From: Polyangia bacterium
GTDB taxonomy: Bacteria > Myxococcota_A > Polyangia > Fen-1088
DNA length: 56,744 nt
Direction of reading: 5' to 3'
Assembly (NCBI GenBank): GCA_035546175.1
Contig: DASZWW010000467.1
Coordinates: 1 to 56,744 of the forward strand
The notes below the pieces were generated by a model. It saw nothing but the letters and a program-made list of their open reading frames with translations. It ran no database searches and had not been told where the DNA came from. The translations under genes and the position numbers were made by a program. Of this stretch, positions 47,682 through 55,821 are shown one piece after another (within the stretch, counting starts at the first letter, position 1; the number at the start of each line of letters is the position of its first letter).

Positions 47682-49871
47682 TCACTCTCCACCGCCCGCG
47701 GGCGTGAGGACGAACGGGTACGAGACGATGACGATACCGCCGCCGAGGGGCTTCGGGAACTCCCACCGGCGAACGGCCTGGACGGTGCAGTTCTCGACGC
47801 GCGCGTTGCCCATCGTCGAGTTCTGGAGCACCGAGGCGATGACCTGGCCCGACGCCGCGATGGTGAACTGCACCATGATGCGGCCGCCGAGGTCCGGCTT
47901 CTTCGTGAGCTCCTGCTCGTAGCAGTACTTCACCTCGTTGATGTGGCGCCGGATGATGCGGCGGATGATCTCCTTGTCGAGCGAGCCGCGGACGGCCGCC
48001 GTGCCGGGGATGACGTCGGGCGCCTTCGCGCGACGGCCGCCGAGGCCGCCGGCGCCGCGGCCGTAGCCGGAGCCGTTGCCGCCGCCGCCGCCCTTGCCGA
48101 TCGTGCCCAGGTTGCCGAGGCCGATCGTGCCCTCGCCCGTGCCGCCGCCGCCCGAGCCCGTGCCGACGAGGCCGAGGCCGCCGACGCCGTAGGCCTCGCC
48201 GATCTGGTTGCCGATGAGGCCGCCGAGGACGTCCTCGGCGTCGGTGCCGAGCGCGGAGTCGCGGCCGAAGATGCTGGCGATGTGCGAACCCTCGTTCATC
48301 TTGAGGACGCCGAGGATGCCGGCGTTCTTGGCCTGCTCCTCCGCGAGCTTCTTGGCGAGGTGCGGATCCGGGTTGTCCTTCGGACCCTTGAGGCCGTACA
48401 GACCCTCCTTGTTCTTGGAGGTCTTCTTGCCCATCTTGCCTTCTTCGCCCTTGTGACGCTTGCCCTTGCCGCCCTGCTCCTCGTTCTTCTTCGACTTGAG
48501 CCACTCGGGGATGTCCTCTTCCTTCTCCTCCGGCGGCTTGATGAGGAACTTCACGAAGCGGTTGTCCGAGTTGAAGAGATCGAGCGAGAGGGACTTCGGA
48601 TCCGGCGGGACCGAGAAGATCATGAGGAGGAACAGCAGGAGCGCGACGCTCGAGCCGACCGTGTAGATCTGCTCGTCCCAGCGCCAGGTGAGGAACGGCA
48701 CCTCGAGGGCGCGCGGGCGGTTCGTCGCCGAGACGAGGAACGACGACTCGCCGCAGTCGAGCTTGGCGCGCGCGCCCTGCGGGAGCGAGAAGCTCGAGCC
48801 GCGCTGGGCGATGAACTGCTGCAACGGATAGAGCTGGTTGTCGACGTAGACCTCGCCGGTCATGCGCGGGGTGACGTTGACGACGTAATCGGCGCCCGTG
48901 GCCGCGACGAGCGGGTGCGAGGGGGACGGCACGTACTCGGGCGACACGGGCGCGTCGACGTCGGCGTCCGAGCCGATGATGAAGTTCGGGCTCGACTTGC
49001 CGCGCCGCTTGAGGCCCATGTACACGAGCGCGATGCCGGCGGCGATGCCGCCGAACACGAGGACGTCCGGCCCCTCGGACCGAGACTTCCACGGGAAGCT
49101 CTTGGCCTCCTGGCCGCCCGCCGTCCACTGCTCGAAGCGGGCCTTCTCGGCGCCGACGTCGACCGCCGTCGCGACGAACGTGATGAGGCCGACGAGCGCG
49201 AGCCCGAGGCCGGCGTACAACATGGTCGTGCCCTGGCGGTGCTTGCTCTGACCCTCGGGGTTGAAGAGGTGGCGCGTGCCGGTGACGACGCCGCGGTAGA
49301 CCGACTGCACCTCCATGGCGCGCGAGCCGTCCATGACCTCGACCTCGGCGCTGGCGCCGCCGCCACCTCCGAAGCCGCCACCGCCGCCCGGCGGGGGCGC
49401 GTAGCCGCCGCCCTGGCCAGGGGCCGCGAACTGCGCCTGGGGCGGCGACGGGACGTAGCCCGGAGGCGGCGCGAACCCACCCGGAGGCGGCGCGATGCCG
49501 AGGCTCGTCTTCTGACCGACGCGAGGCGCGGCCGCCGGCGGCGGCGTCAGCCCGGCCTCGGCCGCCAGGAACGTGACGTGCACGCGGCTGTCGCCGAACA
49601 TGATCTCGTCACCCGACTGGAGGCGCGTCTTGCTGATGCGCTCCCCGTTGACGAGCGTGCCGCGCGTCGAGCCGAGGTCTATGATGTGGATCTCGTCGGG
49701 ACCCGTGACCTCGATGACGGCGTGCATGCGCGACACCGTCTCGTCGTCGATCCGCAGGTGCGACGAGGCCAGCTTGCCGACCTTGATCACGTCCTGGGCG
49801 AGGGTCTCTTCGCGAACGAGCGCGTCCCCCTTGTAGATCTCGAACTTGATGGGGACCTTCACGTCGGCCAT
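47682..49871 (-). CDS. FHA domain / 3-TM / Gly-rich / TonB-C-terminal-domain protein, GltG(PglI)-like
   Basis: 729 aa, GGAGA SD. N-terminal FHA (VGKLASSHLRIDDETVSRMHAVIE...IIDLGSTRGTLVNGERI), a Pro/Gly-rich linker, TM segments at about residues 216-237, 269-287 and 403-421, a Gly-rich tract, and a C-terminal TonB-like domain (IRRHINEVKYCYEQEL...GRIMVQFTIAASGQV...AVRRWEFPKP). Confidence 0.88.
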   Translation of the reverse strand: MADVKVPIKFEIYKGDALVREETLAQDVIKVGKLASSHLRIDDETVSRMHAVIEVTGPDEIHIIDLGSTRGTLVNGERISKTRLQSGDEIMFGDSRVHVTFLAAEAGLTPPPAAAPRVGQKTSLGIAPPPGGFAPPPGYVPSPPQAQFAAPGQGGGYAPPPGGGGGFGGGGGASAEVEVMDGSRAMEVQSVYRGVVTGTRHLFNPEGQSKHRQGTTMLYAGLGLALVGLITFVATAVDVGAEKARFEQWTAGGQEAKSFPWKSRSEGPDVLVFGGIAAGIALVYMGLKRRGKSSPNFIIGSDADVDAPVSPEYVPSPSHPLVAATGADYVVNVTPRMTGEVYVDNQLYPLQQFIAQRGSSFSLPQGARAKLDCGESSFLVSATNRPRALEVPFLTWRWDEQIYTVGSSVALLLFLLMIFSVPPDPKSLSLDLFNSDNRFVKFLIKPPEEKEEDIPEWLKSKKNEEQGGKGKRHKGEEGKMGKKTSKNKEGLYGLKGPKDNPDPHLAKKLAEEQAKNAGILGVLKMNEGSHIASIFGRDSALGTDAEDVLGGLIGNQIGEAYGVGGLGLVGTGSGGGGTGEGTIGLGNLGTIGKGGGGGNGSGYGRGAGGLGGRRAKAPDVIPGTAAVRGSLDKEIIRRIIRRHINEVKYCYEQELTKKPDLGGRIMVQFTIAASGQVIASVLQNSTMGNARVENCTVQAVRRWEFPKPLGGGIVIVSYPFVLTPAGGGE

Positions 49872-49940
49872 GGCTGTCTCCTACGGGCTTCGGTTGGGAA
49901 GCCGCCTGAAGGCCGTCGTGACTTTGAACCGGAACGCGGT

Positions 49941-49983
49941 GCGGTGCACCGCGGGAGGGTCCGGGAACCCTCTCAGGGTTCCC
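49941..49983 (-). other. Two RNA-structure elements in the 114-nt intergenic: 12-nt palindrome GCGGTGCACCGC and a 9-bp perfect hairpin GGGAACCCT-gag-AGGGTTCCC
   Basis: The hairpin at 49963-49983 starts 2 nt after the TAG of the small secreted protein gene and has no following U-tract. The palindrome is at 49941-49952. Confidence 0.6.
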
Positions 49984-49985
49984 GT

Positions 49986-50267
49986 CTAGACGTCCTCAAG
50001 CGACTTCAACATCTCGGGAATGAAGTCCTTGCGGATTTCGATGAGGCTGGAGTGCTCCGTCTTCTTCAAGGAGTTGACCAGCTCTCCGTCGGGACGCTGC
50101 AGGTCGCCTTCGACCATGTCGTCCTCGAAGTCATAGACGGTCTTCGCCTTGTACTGCACGCCGTCGTCTGCCCCCCCGCCGGCGGCCGGCTTGGGGTCAG
50201 CGGCGAAGGCGCGGCTCGAGGTTGCCCCGATGAGTCCGAGAAGAGCCATTCCAATGACGAGCTTCAT
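49986..50267 (-). CDS. Small secreted acidic protein (93 aa), at the GltF position
   Basis: ATG at 50267 preceded by AAGGAG (the track start 50312 is less likely). MKLVIGMALLGLIGATSSRAFA signal peptide. Mature part contains TVYDFEDDMVEGDLQRPDGELV. Confidence 0.7.
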   Translation of the reverse strand: MKLVIGMALLGLIGATSSRAFAADPKPAAGGGADDGVQYKAKTVYDFEDDMVEGDLQRPDGELVNSLKKTEHSSLIEIRKDFIPEMLKSLEDV

Positions 50268-50352
50268 GTCGCTTCTCCTTACGGGGTAGCCCTGTCGCGT
50301 GTGTTCAGACAACCGACAGGCTCCCCGGTTCCGCTAAATCTTACTCCCACTG

Positions 50353-50412
50353 AAAAAAAGTGGCGCCGCCCGATCCCGAGGTCGTGGGACACGGAGGACC
50401 TGACGCGGCGCC
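50353..50412 (-). terminator. Terminator/attenuator-like structure inside the operon
   Basis: On the minus strand, GGCGCCGC (50412-50405) pairs with GCGGCGCC (50369-62) around a 35-nt loop with an internal AGGTC/GACCT stem. It is followed after 2 nt by T7 (50359-50353) and starts 8 nt after the GltE-like stop. Confidence 0.4.
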
Positions 50413-50419
50413 CCCGACG

Positions 50420-52147
50420 CTACTTCTTCTTTCCCTTCTTCTTGCCCTCGGCCGGCGCGGCCGGAGCGGCGTCGCCGGTCCCAGGAGCGGGCGGCGCGCT
50501 GGCGGCCGGCGGCTCGGTGCCGGGCTTGGCGTCGGCGGGCTTGGCGTCCTTGTCGCCCTTGTCCGCCTTGGCCTTGTCGGCGGCGGCCTTCTCCTCCGCC
50601 TCCTGCTTCTTCATCTGCTCTTCCATCTGCTTCTGCTGCTCTTCGGCCTTCTTCTGCATCTCCTCGGCCTCGGCCTGCATCTTCGCGGCCTCGTCGAGGG
50701 CGACATAGATCTCGTCGATGTCCTTGATGCGCTTCTCGGCGTCCTTCTTGATCGCGCCGGGCGTCGAGCTGGAGGCGTGGGAGAGGAACTGGCGGTAGTA
50801 GTCCTGCGCCTTGTGGAGCGCGGGCTTCTGGCCGTCCTTGTAGTCCTGGTAGAGGAGGCCGAGGTTGTAGTAGCTCGACGGGTTCGACGAATCGAGCTTC
50901 TGGGCCGCGAGGTACTGCGTCTCGGCGTCGTCGATCTTCTTGTTCCCGCGCAGCGCGACGCCGAGGCCGATCGAGGCCTCGTAGTTCTTCGGCTGCATCT
51001 TGAGCGCCTCGCGGAAGTTCTCCTCCGCCGTCGTGTAGTCGCGGTTGTTGAGCGAGAGCGCCGCCAGGTTGAGCCGCGCCTCCGCCAGGTTCGGATCGAG
51101 CGCGACGGCCTCCTTGAACTGCTTGATGGCCGGGCTGATGTTGGCCTTCTTGAGCTCGACGAGGCCGAGCGTGTTGCGCACGACGGCGAGCTGCTTCTTC
51201 ATCTCGGGCGTCACGCCCGTGCCGGCCTCGCGGACGTCCACGGCCTTGACGCCTGCGTCGTCGTCGTCCTTGTCGGCCTTGCCCTTGCCCTTGCCCTTCC
51301 CCTTCCCCTTGCCCTTGGCGTCGGCGGCGTCGTCGTTGGCGGCGCCGGCCTTCTCCTCCTCGAACTTGCCGGTCGCGATCTCGTCCGCCTTCTTGATGGC
51401 CTGGTTGCCGACGAGCTTGGCCATCTCGAGCATGTTCATGTCGTAGTAGATGAACGCCAGCGTCGAGAACGCCTGCAGGTTGTTGCTGTCGATCGCGAGC
51501 ACCGTGCGCAGGTTGCTGACGGCCGACTGCACGTACTGCTTCTTCTCGGCGCCGTCCGCGCGGTGGGCCTTGTCGCGCAGGATCTGCGCGAGGTTGTTGC
51601 GCGCCTCGACGGTGTGGAGCGGATCGACGTTGATCGCCTCGTTGAAGAGCGCCTCCGCCCGGCTCGTGTCGCCGTTCTTCCAGGCGATGTAGCCGAGGTT
51701 GGCGATCGCGGGGCCGTACTTCATGCCCTTCCAGACGCTGACGGCCGCGTCCTCGTCGCCGCACTCCTGCAGCACGGCGCCCTGGTTGAAGCGCGCCTCG
51801 AGCAGGTTCGGGTTCTCGTCGGCGGCGCTCTTGAAGTCGCTCGCGAGGCTGCGGCACTCAGAGCCCGAGAGCCCGTTCTTCCTCGAGGCCTGGTACTTCT
51901 GAACGGCCTTCTCGAAGTCGGCGCGGGCGTCGGCGCTGATCTGCCGCTTGGCCTCCTTCGGGATGATCTCCGCCGAGTTCGGCTTGGTCTCACCCGGGGT
52001 GAGGTCGTTCTCGCTGCCGGCGCTCTGCGAGGACGGCACCTGCGTCGAGCCGCAGGCGGCGAGCCCCGCCGCGAGCCCCCAGGTCAGGCCGAGGAGGCCG
52101 AGGCGCGTGGTGTTGAAGCTCAGGCTGCGGATGGCGTTGGTCTTCAT
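50420..52147 (-). CDS. TPR-repeat lipoprotein, GltE(AglT)-like
   Basis: 575 aa. MKTNAIRSLSFNTTRLGLLGLTWGLAAGLAAC lipobox, multiple TPR units, an internal (KG)6 tract, and a C-terminal Lys/Glu/Ala-rich tail ending in KKKGKKK. Confidence 0.85.
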   Translation of the reverse strand: MKTNAIRSLSFNTTRLGLLGLTWGLAAGLAACGSTQVPSSQSAGSENDLTPGETKPNSAEIIPKEAKRQISADARADFEKAVQKYQASRKNGLSGSECRSLASDFKSAADENPNLLEARFNQGAVLQECGDEDAAVSVWKGMKYGPAIANLGYIAWKNGDTSRAEALFNEAINVDPLHTVEARNNLAQILRDKAHRADGAEKKQYVQSAVSNLRTVLAIDSNNLQAFSTLAFIYYDMNMLEMAKLVGNQAIKKADEIATGKFEEEKAGAANDDAADAKGKGKGKGKGKGKADKDDDDAGVKAVDVREAGTGVTPEMKKQLAVVRNTLGLVELKKANISPAIKQFKEAVALDPNLAEARLNLAALSLNNRDYTTAEENFREALKMQPKNYEASIGLGVALRGNKKIDDAETQYLAAQKLDSSNPSSYYNLGLLYQDYKDGQKPALHKAQDYYRQFLSHASSSTPGAIKKDAEKRIKDIDEIYVALDEAAKMQAEAEEMQKKAEEQQKQMEEQMKKQEAEEKAAADKAKADKGDKDAKPADAKPGTEPPAASAPPAPGTGDAAPAAPAEGKKKGKKK

Positions 52148-52150
52148 GAT

Positions 52151-55100
52151 CTACTTCCCCGCCTTGGTCTGAACGGCCTCGGAGAGCTCCCCGACGACCG
52201 GCGTCGGCGACATGTTCGTCGAGACGTAGCCGGCCTCCGGCTTGACCTCCGACGCCAGCGGGTACTCGGAGGGCTTCATCTGGTTGAGCTCGCGCTCGCA
52301 GAGCCGCGACCACTCGTTGTACCAGGACTGCTCGGTGGCGGCCTTGAGGCACTTCTCGAAGCCGTCGACGGCCTTCGCCTCGATCGGCTCGGCCTTGTCC
52401 TCGAGCGCGTCGCAGAAGATCTCGCGCGGGCGGTTGCCCCACTCGTCCTGCTCCTTGAGGTCCTTCGGGATCTCGGCCGTGTAGAGCTGGCCCGCGAAGT
52501 CGCTGTAGATCTGGCCGACGCGGGCCGCGGACGCGATCGTCCACTGCGCCTGCTTCATGCCGAAGACGTCGAGGTACTGCGTGCGCGCCTTGTCGAGCGC
52601 CTTGGCCTTCTCGTCGAGGTAGGCGTTGAACTTCTTGCCCGACTCCTCGGCCTTCTTCTTCTTCGCGGCCGCCTTCTTGGGCGTGTCGTACGAGGAGGGC
52701 TGCTGGAAGTCGAGGCCCTCCGGGAACTTGATGCGCAGGAACGCCTCGTAGGAGACCTCGGCGATGTAGAACGCCGAGCCGGCGACGGCGTACGCCGCCG
52801 AGCCGGCGCGCGCCTCGACGTCCTTGCCCGTGATCTTCGAGGCGGCCGCGCCCTTGTTCCAGATCTTGAGGACGGCCGCGAAGTGCTCCTGCGCCTTCGC
52901 AGCCTGGGCCTTCTGGCGGTCGAAGAGGGTGATCTTCGACTTCGTGGGCGGGCCGCACTGGGTGCGCGACTTCTCGTGGACCTTCTTGCCCTTCTTGAGC
53001 TTGCGGTTGAGGTCGGCGAGGACCTTCTGGCGGCCCGTCGCGGTGACGCGCTTGATCTCGAGGCAAGCGCCGTCCTCGGACGACTTGGGGCACGAGGCCT
53101 TCCAGGCCATCTCGCCGAGGCGGAAGTGCGCGAGGATCTGGCGATCAGGCCCGCCCTGGGCGCCCCAGAGCTTGAGGTAGCTCTCGAGGTGCTTGGCGAG
53201 CTCGTCGTAGCGCTTGTCCTTCTCGTAGACGTCGGCCATCTGGAAGTACACGCCGGCGGCGTCCTGCGGCTTCCGCTTGCCGTAGAACTCGACGTACGAC
53301 TTCATGTCGGAGAGCGCCTTGTCGCTCTCGCCGAGCCCGATGCGGAAGGTCGTCGCGTTGCCGAGCGCGTCGTTGGCCTTCTTCTCGCCCGGGAACTTCG
53401 TGGCGAAGTCCTCGTAGTTCTCGGCCGCCTTCGAGTAATACGCGAGCTGGTGGTAACCGGCCGCGACCCGGAAGAGCGCCTTCTGCGCGAGCGGATCCTT
53501 CGGGTGGTCCTTGATGAGCTCGAGGCGCGCCTTGAGCGCCTGGCCGACGAGGTGCGCGTTCTGGAAGCACTGGCCGGCGTTCCAGAGCCGCTCGGCGTGC
53601 TTCGGGTGCTCCGGCAGCGACTCCGCCGAGGCGAGCATCGAGCGCCCGCACTCCTTGAAGTTGTGCAGCTTCTCGAACTCGCGGCCCTCGAGGTCGTACG
53701 AGTCGCTCTTGAGCGAGATCATGTCCTTGCCGAACTGCGGGTCCTGCATGAGGCACTGCTTGTCGAGGAACTTGTCGACGTTCGCGAGGACGTCCTTCGT
53801 CTTGCCCTGCGCGTTCAGCGAGTCGAGCAGCAGGTTCGCCGAGTACAGCGACAGGCCGTCCGGATCCGGACAGTGCTTGTCGACGATCTCCTGGAAGAGG
53901 GGCGCCGCCTCCGCGAAGTGGTTGTACTCGTAGAAGATGCGCGCGCGACGGTACATGATCGTGACCGTCTCCTTCGCGTCGGGGACGTACTTGAGGTACG
54001 TGTCGAAGGCGTTGATCATCTTCTGCTGGTACTCGGGGATCTTCATCGGCTCGAGCTTGGTGATCTCCTTGCCGCCCTCCTTCTTCTCCTTGCGGTCGTT
54101 CTCCACCGCCTCGCGCTGCTCGTGGTCGTCGACGTTGAGGGCGTTCTTCCAGGCGAGGACGGCCGCGTAGGCGGCGTCCTTGACGTACTTGCCCTTGGGG
54201 TTCATCTCGACGACCTTCGTGTACTGCTCGGCCGCGTCCTTCCAGTTCTCGAGCGTCCACAGGAGCTCGCCGTAGTAGAAGGACATGTCGTACGCGTCCT
54301 TGTCCGACGGGAAGTGGTCGAGGAAGACCTTGTAGACGTACTTGTCGAGCGCGTAGGTGTCGGAGTTCTTCGTGCGCTGCGCCTCCTTGTGCCAGATGAG
54401 CGCGAGCTCCTTGGCCGTGTCGTGGAAGGCGTTGCGGCACTCCTCCATCTGGTCCTTCTTCACGCCCTGCTTCATCTCGCCGACCTTGTCGTAGACGGCG
54501 CCGAGGCGCTCGATCTCCTGGACCTGGTCGCGCTTGCTGCCCGACGACAGCGTGTTGCGCACGATCTTGTTCTGCCACTCGCAGATGCGCGGCGAGTCCA
54601 TGTTCATGGAGATCACCTTGCGGTACACGCGCGTCGAGTCGGGGAACTTGCCCTGCTCCCAGTAGAGCTCGGCGAGGGCCTCCATCATCTTCGGCGCGAA
54701 GTCGCCGCCCGTGCGCTGGAAGAACTCCCAGGCCTTGTCGGGGCCGCCGACGTGCGCGTAGGCCTTGACGATGTCCTTCTTGGCCTCCTTCTGGAGCGCC
54801 TGCTTCTGGGCGGCGTTGACGTTGACCTTGCCCTCCTGGGTCATGCGCACGACGCCCACGAACGTCTCGAGGGCCGTCTTGTAGTCGCCCATGTTCACGT
54901 AGCACCACCCCTTCTTGTAGACGGCGTAGGGGTAGACGCTGGACTTGGGGAACTGCTCGACCTTCTCGTAGAACTTGAGGGCCGCGTCCATGTCGGCCTT
55001 GTCGAAGTAGAACTCGGCGAACGACAGGTACGCGTCGGGGATGTACTTCGAGTTCGGGTAGTCCTTGATGAGGCGGAGGAAGAACTCGCGGGCCTGGTCC

Positions 55101-55723
55101 TCCTTCTTCACCGACGTGAGGAGGTAGGCGAGCTTGAAGAGCACCTCGTCCATGCGCTCGTACTTCTTGAACTTGGTCGCCTGGATGTACGACTTGACGG
55201 CCTCGAGCAGCCACTTCTGCTGCAGGTCCTCGTAGCCCTTCTGCTGCTTCTGCAGCGTCGCCTTCTGCGCGGGGGGCGCGTCGAAGATCTTCTGATCCAG
55301 GCCGCGCGCGCTCGAGAAGTAGAAGCGCTGCTTGTCGGCGTAGAGCTCGGCGAGCCGGAAGTGAAAGTCGGGCTTCTGAGGATCGTCGTCCTGCGTGACC
55401 GCGATGAGCCGGCGCATCTTGATGATCTGCTGGTCGACGATCTTCTGGATCTCCGACTGCTTCTGGAAGATGAACTGGTCGACGGTGATCGTCGGGCCGG
55501 TCTCCTTCTTCTGGGGCGGCGGCGCCTGCGGCTTCGTCAGGTTCGTCTGCTGCGTCCCCTGGATCTCCTTCTCTTGCTTCTGATACCGAGCCTTGCCGCT
55601 GTTGGCGGGGGTCGTCTGCTCGCCGGCCGCGCGCGCGAGAGAGGGGGCCGCCGTCAGCGCGGCCAGGGTCGCGAGCGCGGCCGCGCGCGCGAGAGCTCTC
55701 AGGGACCGGATCTCACTCGTCAT
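52151..55723 (-). CDS. Large secreted TPR-repeat protein, GltD(AgmU)-like (about 1,190 aa)
   Basis: ATG at 55723 (GGAGAAG upstream). MTSEIRSLRALARAAALATLAALTAAPSLARA signal peptide, then TPR/helical repeats throughout. The upstream 86 codons of track ORF 52151..55981 are Arg-rich junk. Confidence 0.85.
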   Translation of the reverse strand: MTSEIRSLRALARAAALATLAALTAAPSLARAAGEQTTPANSGKARYQKQEKEIQGTQQTNLTKPQAPPPQKKETGPTITVDQFIFQKQSEIQKIVDQQIIKMRRLIAVTQDDDPQKPDFHFRLAELYADKQRFYFSSARGLDQKIFDAPPAQKATLQKQQKGYEDLQQKWLLEAVKSYIQATKFKKYERMDEVLFKLAYLLTSVKKEDQAREFFLRLIKDYPNSKYIPDAYLSFAEFYFDKADMDAALKFYEKVEQFPKSSVYPYAVYKKGWCYVNMGDYKTALETFVGVVRMTQEGKVNVNAAQKQALQKEAKKDIVKAYAHVGGPDKAWEFFQRTGGDFAPKMMEALAELYWEQGKFPDSTRVYRKVISMNMDSPRICEWQNKIVRNTLSSGSKRDQVQEIERLGAVYDKVGEMKQGVKKDQMEECRNAFHDTAKELALIWHKEAQRTKNSDTYALDKYVYKVFLDHFPSDKDAYDMSFYYGELLWTLENWKDAAEQYTKVVEMNPKGKYVKDAAYAAVLAWKNALNVDDHEQREAVENDRKEKKEGGKEITKLEPMKIPEYQQKMINAFDTYLKYVPDAKETVTIMYRRARIFYEYNHFAEAAPLFQEIVDKHCPDPDGLSLYSANLLLDSLNAQGKTKDVLANVDKFLDKQCLMQDPQFGKDMISLKSDSYDLEGREFEKLHNFKECGRSMLASAESLPEHPKHAERLWNAGQCFQNAHLVGQALKARLELIKDHPKDPLAQKALFRVAAGYHQLAYYSKAAENYEDFATKFPGEKKANDALGNATTFRIGLGESDKALSDMKSYVEFYGKRKPQDAAGVYFQMADVYEKDKRYDELAKHLESYLKLWGAQGGPDRQILAHFRLGEMAWKASCPKSSEDGACLEIKRVTATGRQKVLADLNRKLKKGKKVHEKSRTQCGPPTKSKITLFDRQKAQAAKAQEHFAAVLKIWNKGAAASKITGKDVEARAGSAAYAVAGSAFYIAEVSYEAFLRIKFPEGLDFQQPSSYDTPKKAAAKKKKAEESGKKFNAYLDEKAKALDKARTQYLDVFGMKQAQWTIASAARVGQIYSDFAGQLYTAEIPKDLKEQDEWGNRPREIFCDALEDKAEPIEAKAVDGFEKCLKAATEQSWYNEWSRLCERELNQMKPSEYPLASEVKPEAGYVSTNMSPTPVVGELSEAVQTKAGK

Positions 55724-55821
55724 AGTTGGCTTCTCCACGGAATGAATTTCTCCACGGTGAATCTGACGTCGTCCTACGTGACGCTGGACTGGGGGACTTT
55801 GATGGGGGCTTGCGGTGGACG

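Noticed and set aside
47682-49871. Reading the FHA/TonB-C protein as a classical TonB of an iron-uptake ExbBD system
   Set aside because: No exbB/exbD or TonB-dependent receptor genes are adjacent. The N-terminal FHA domain, the three TM segments and the TPR-rich neighbours fit the Glt/Nfs GltG-type architecture instead.
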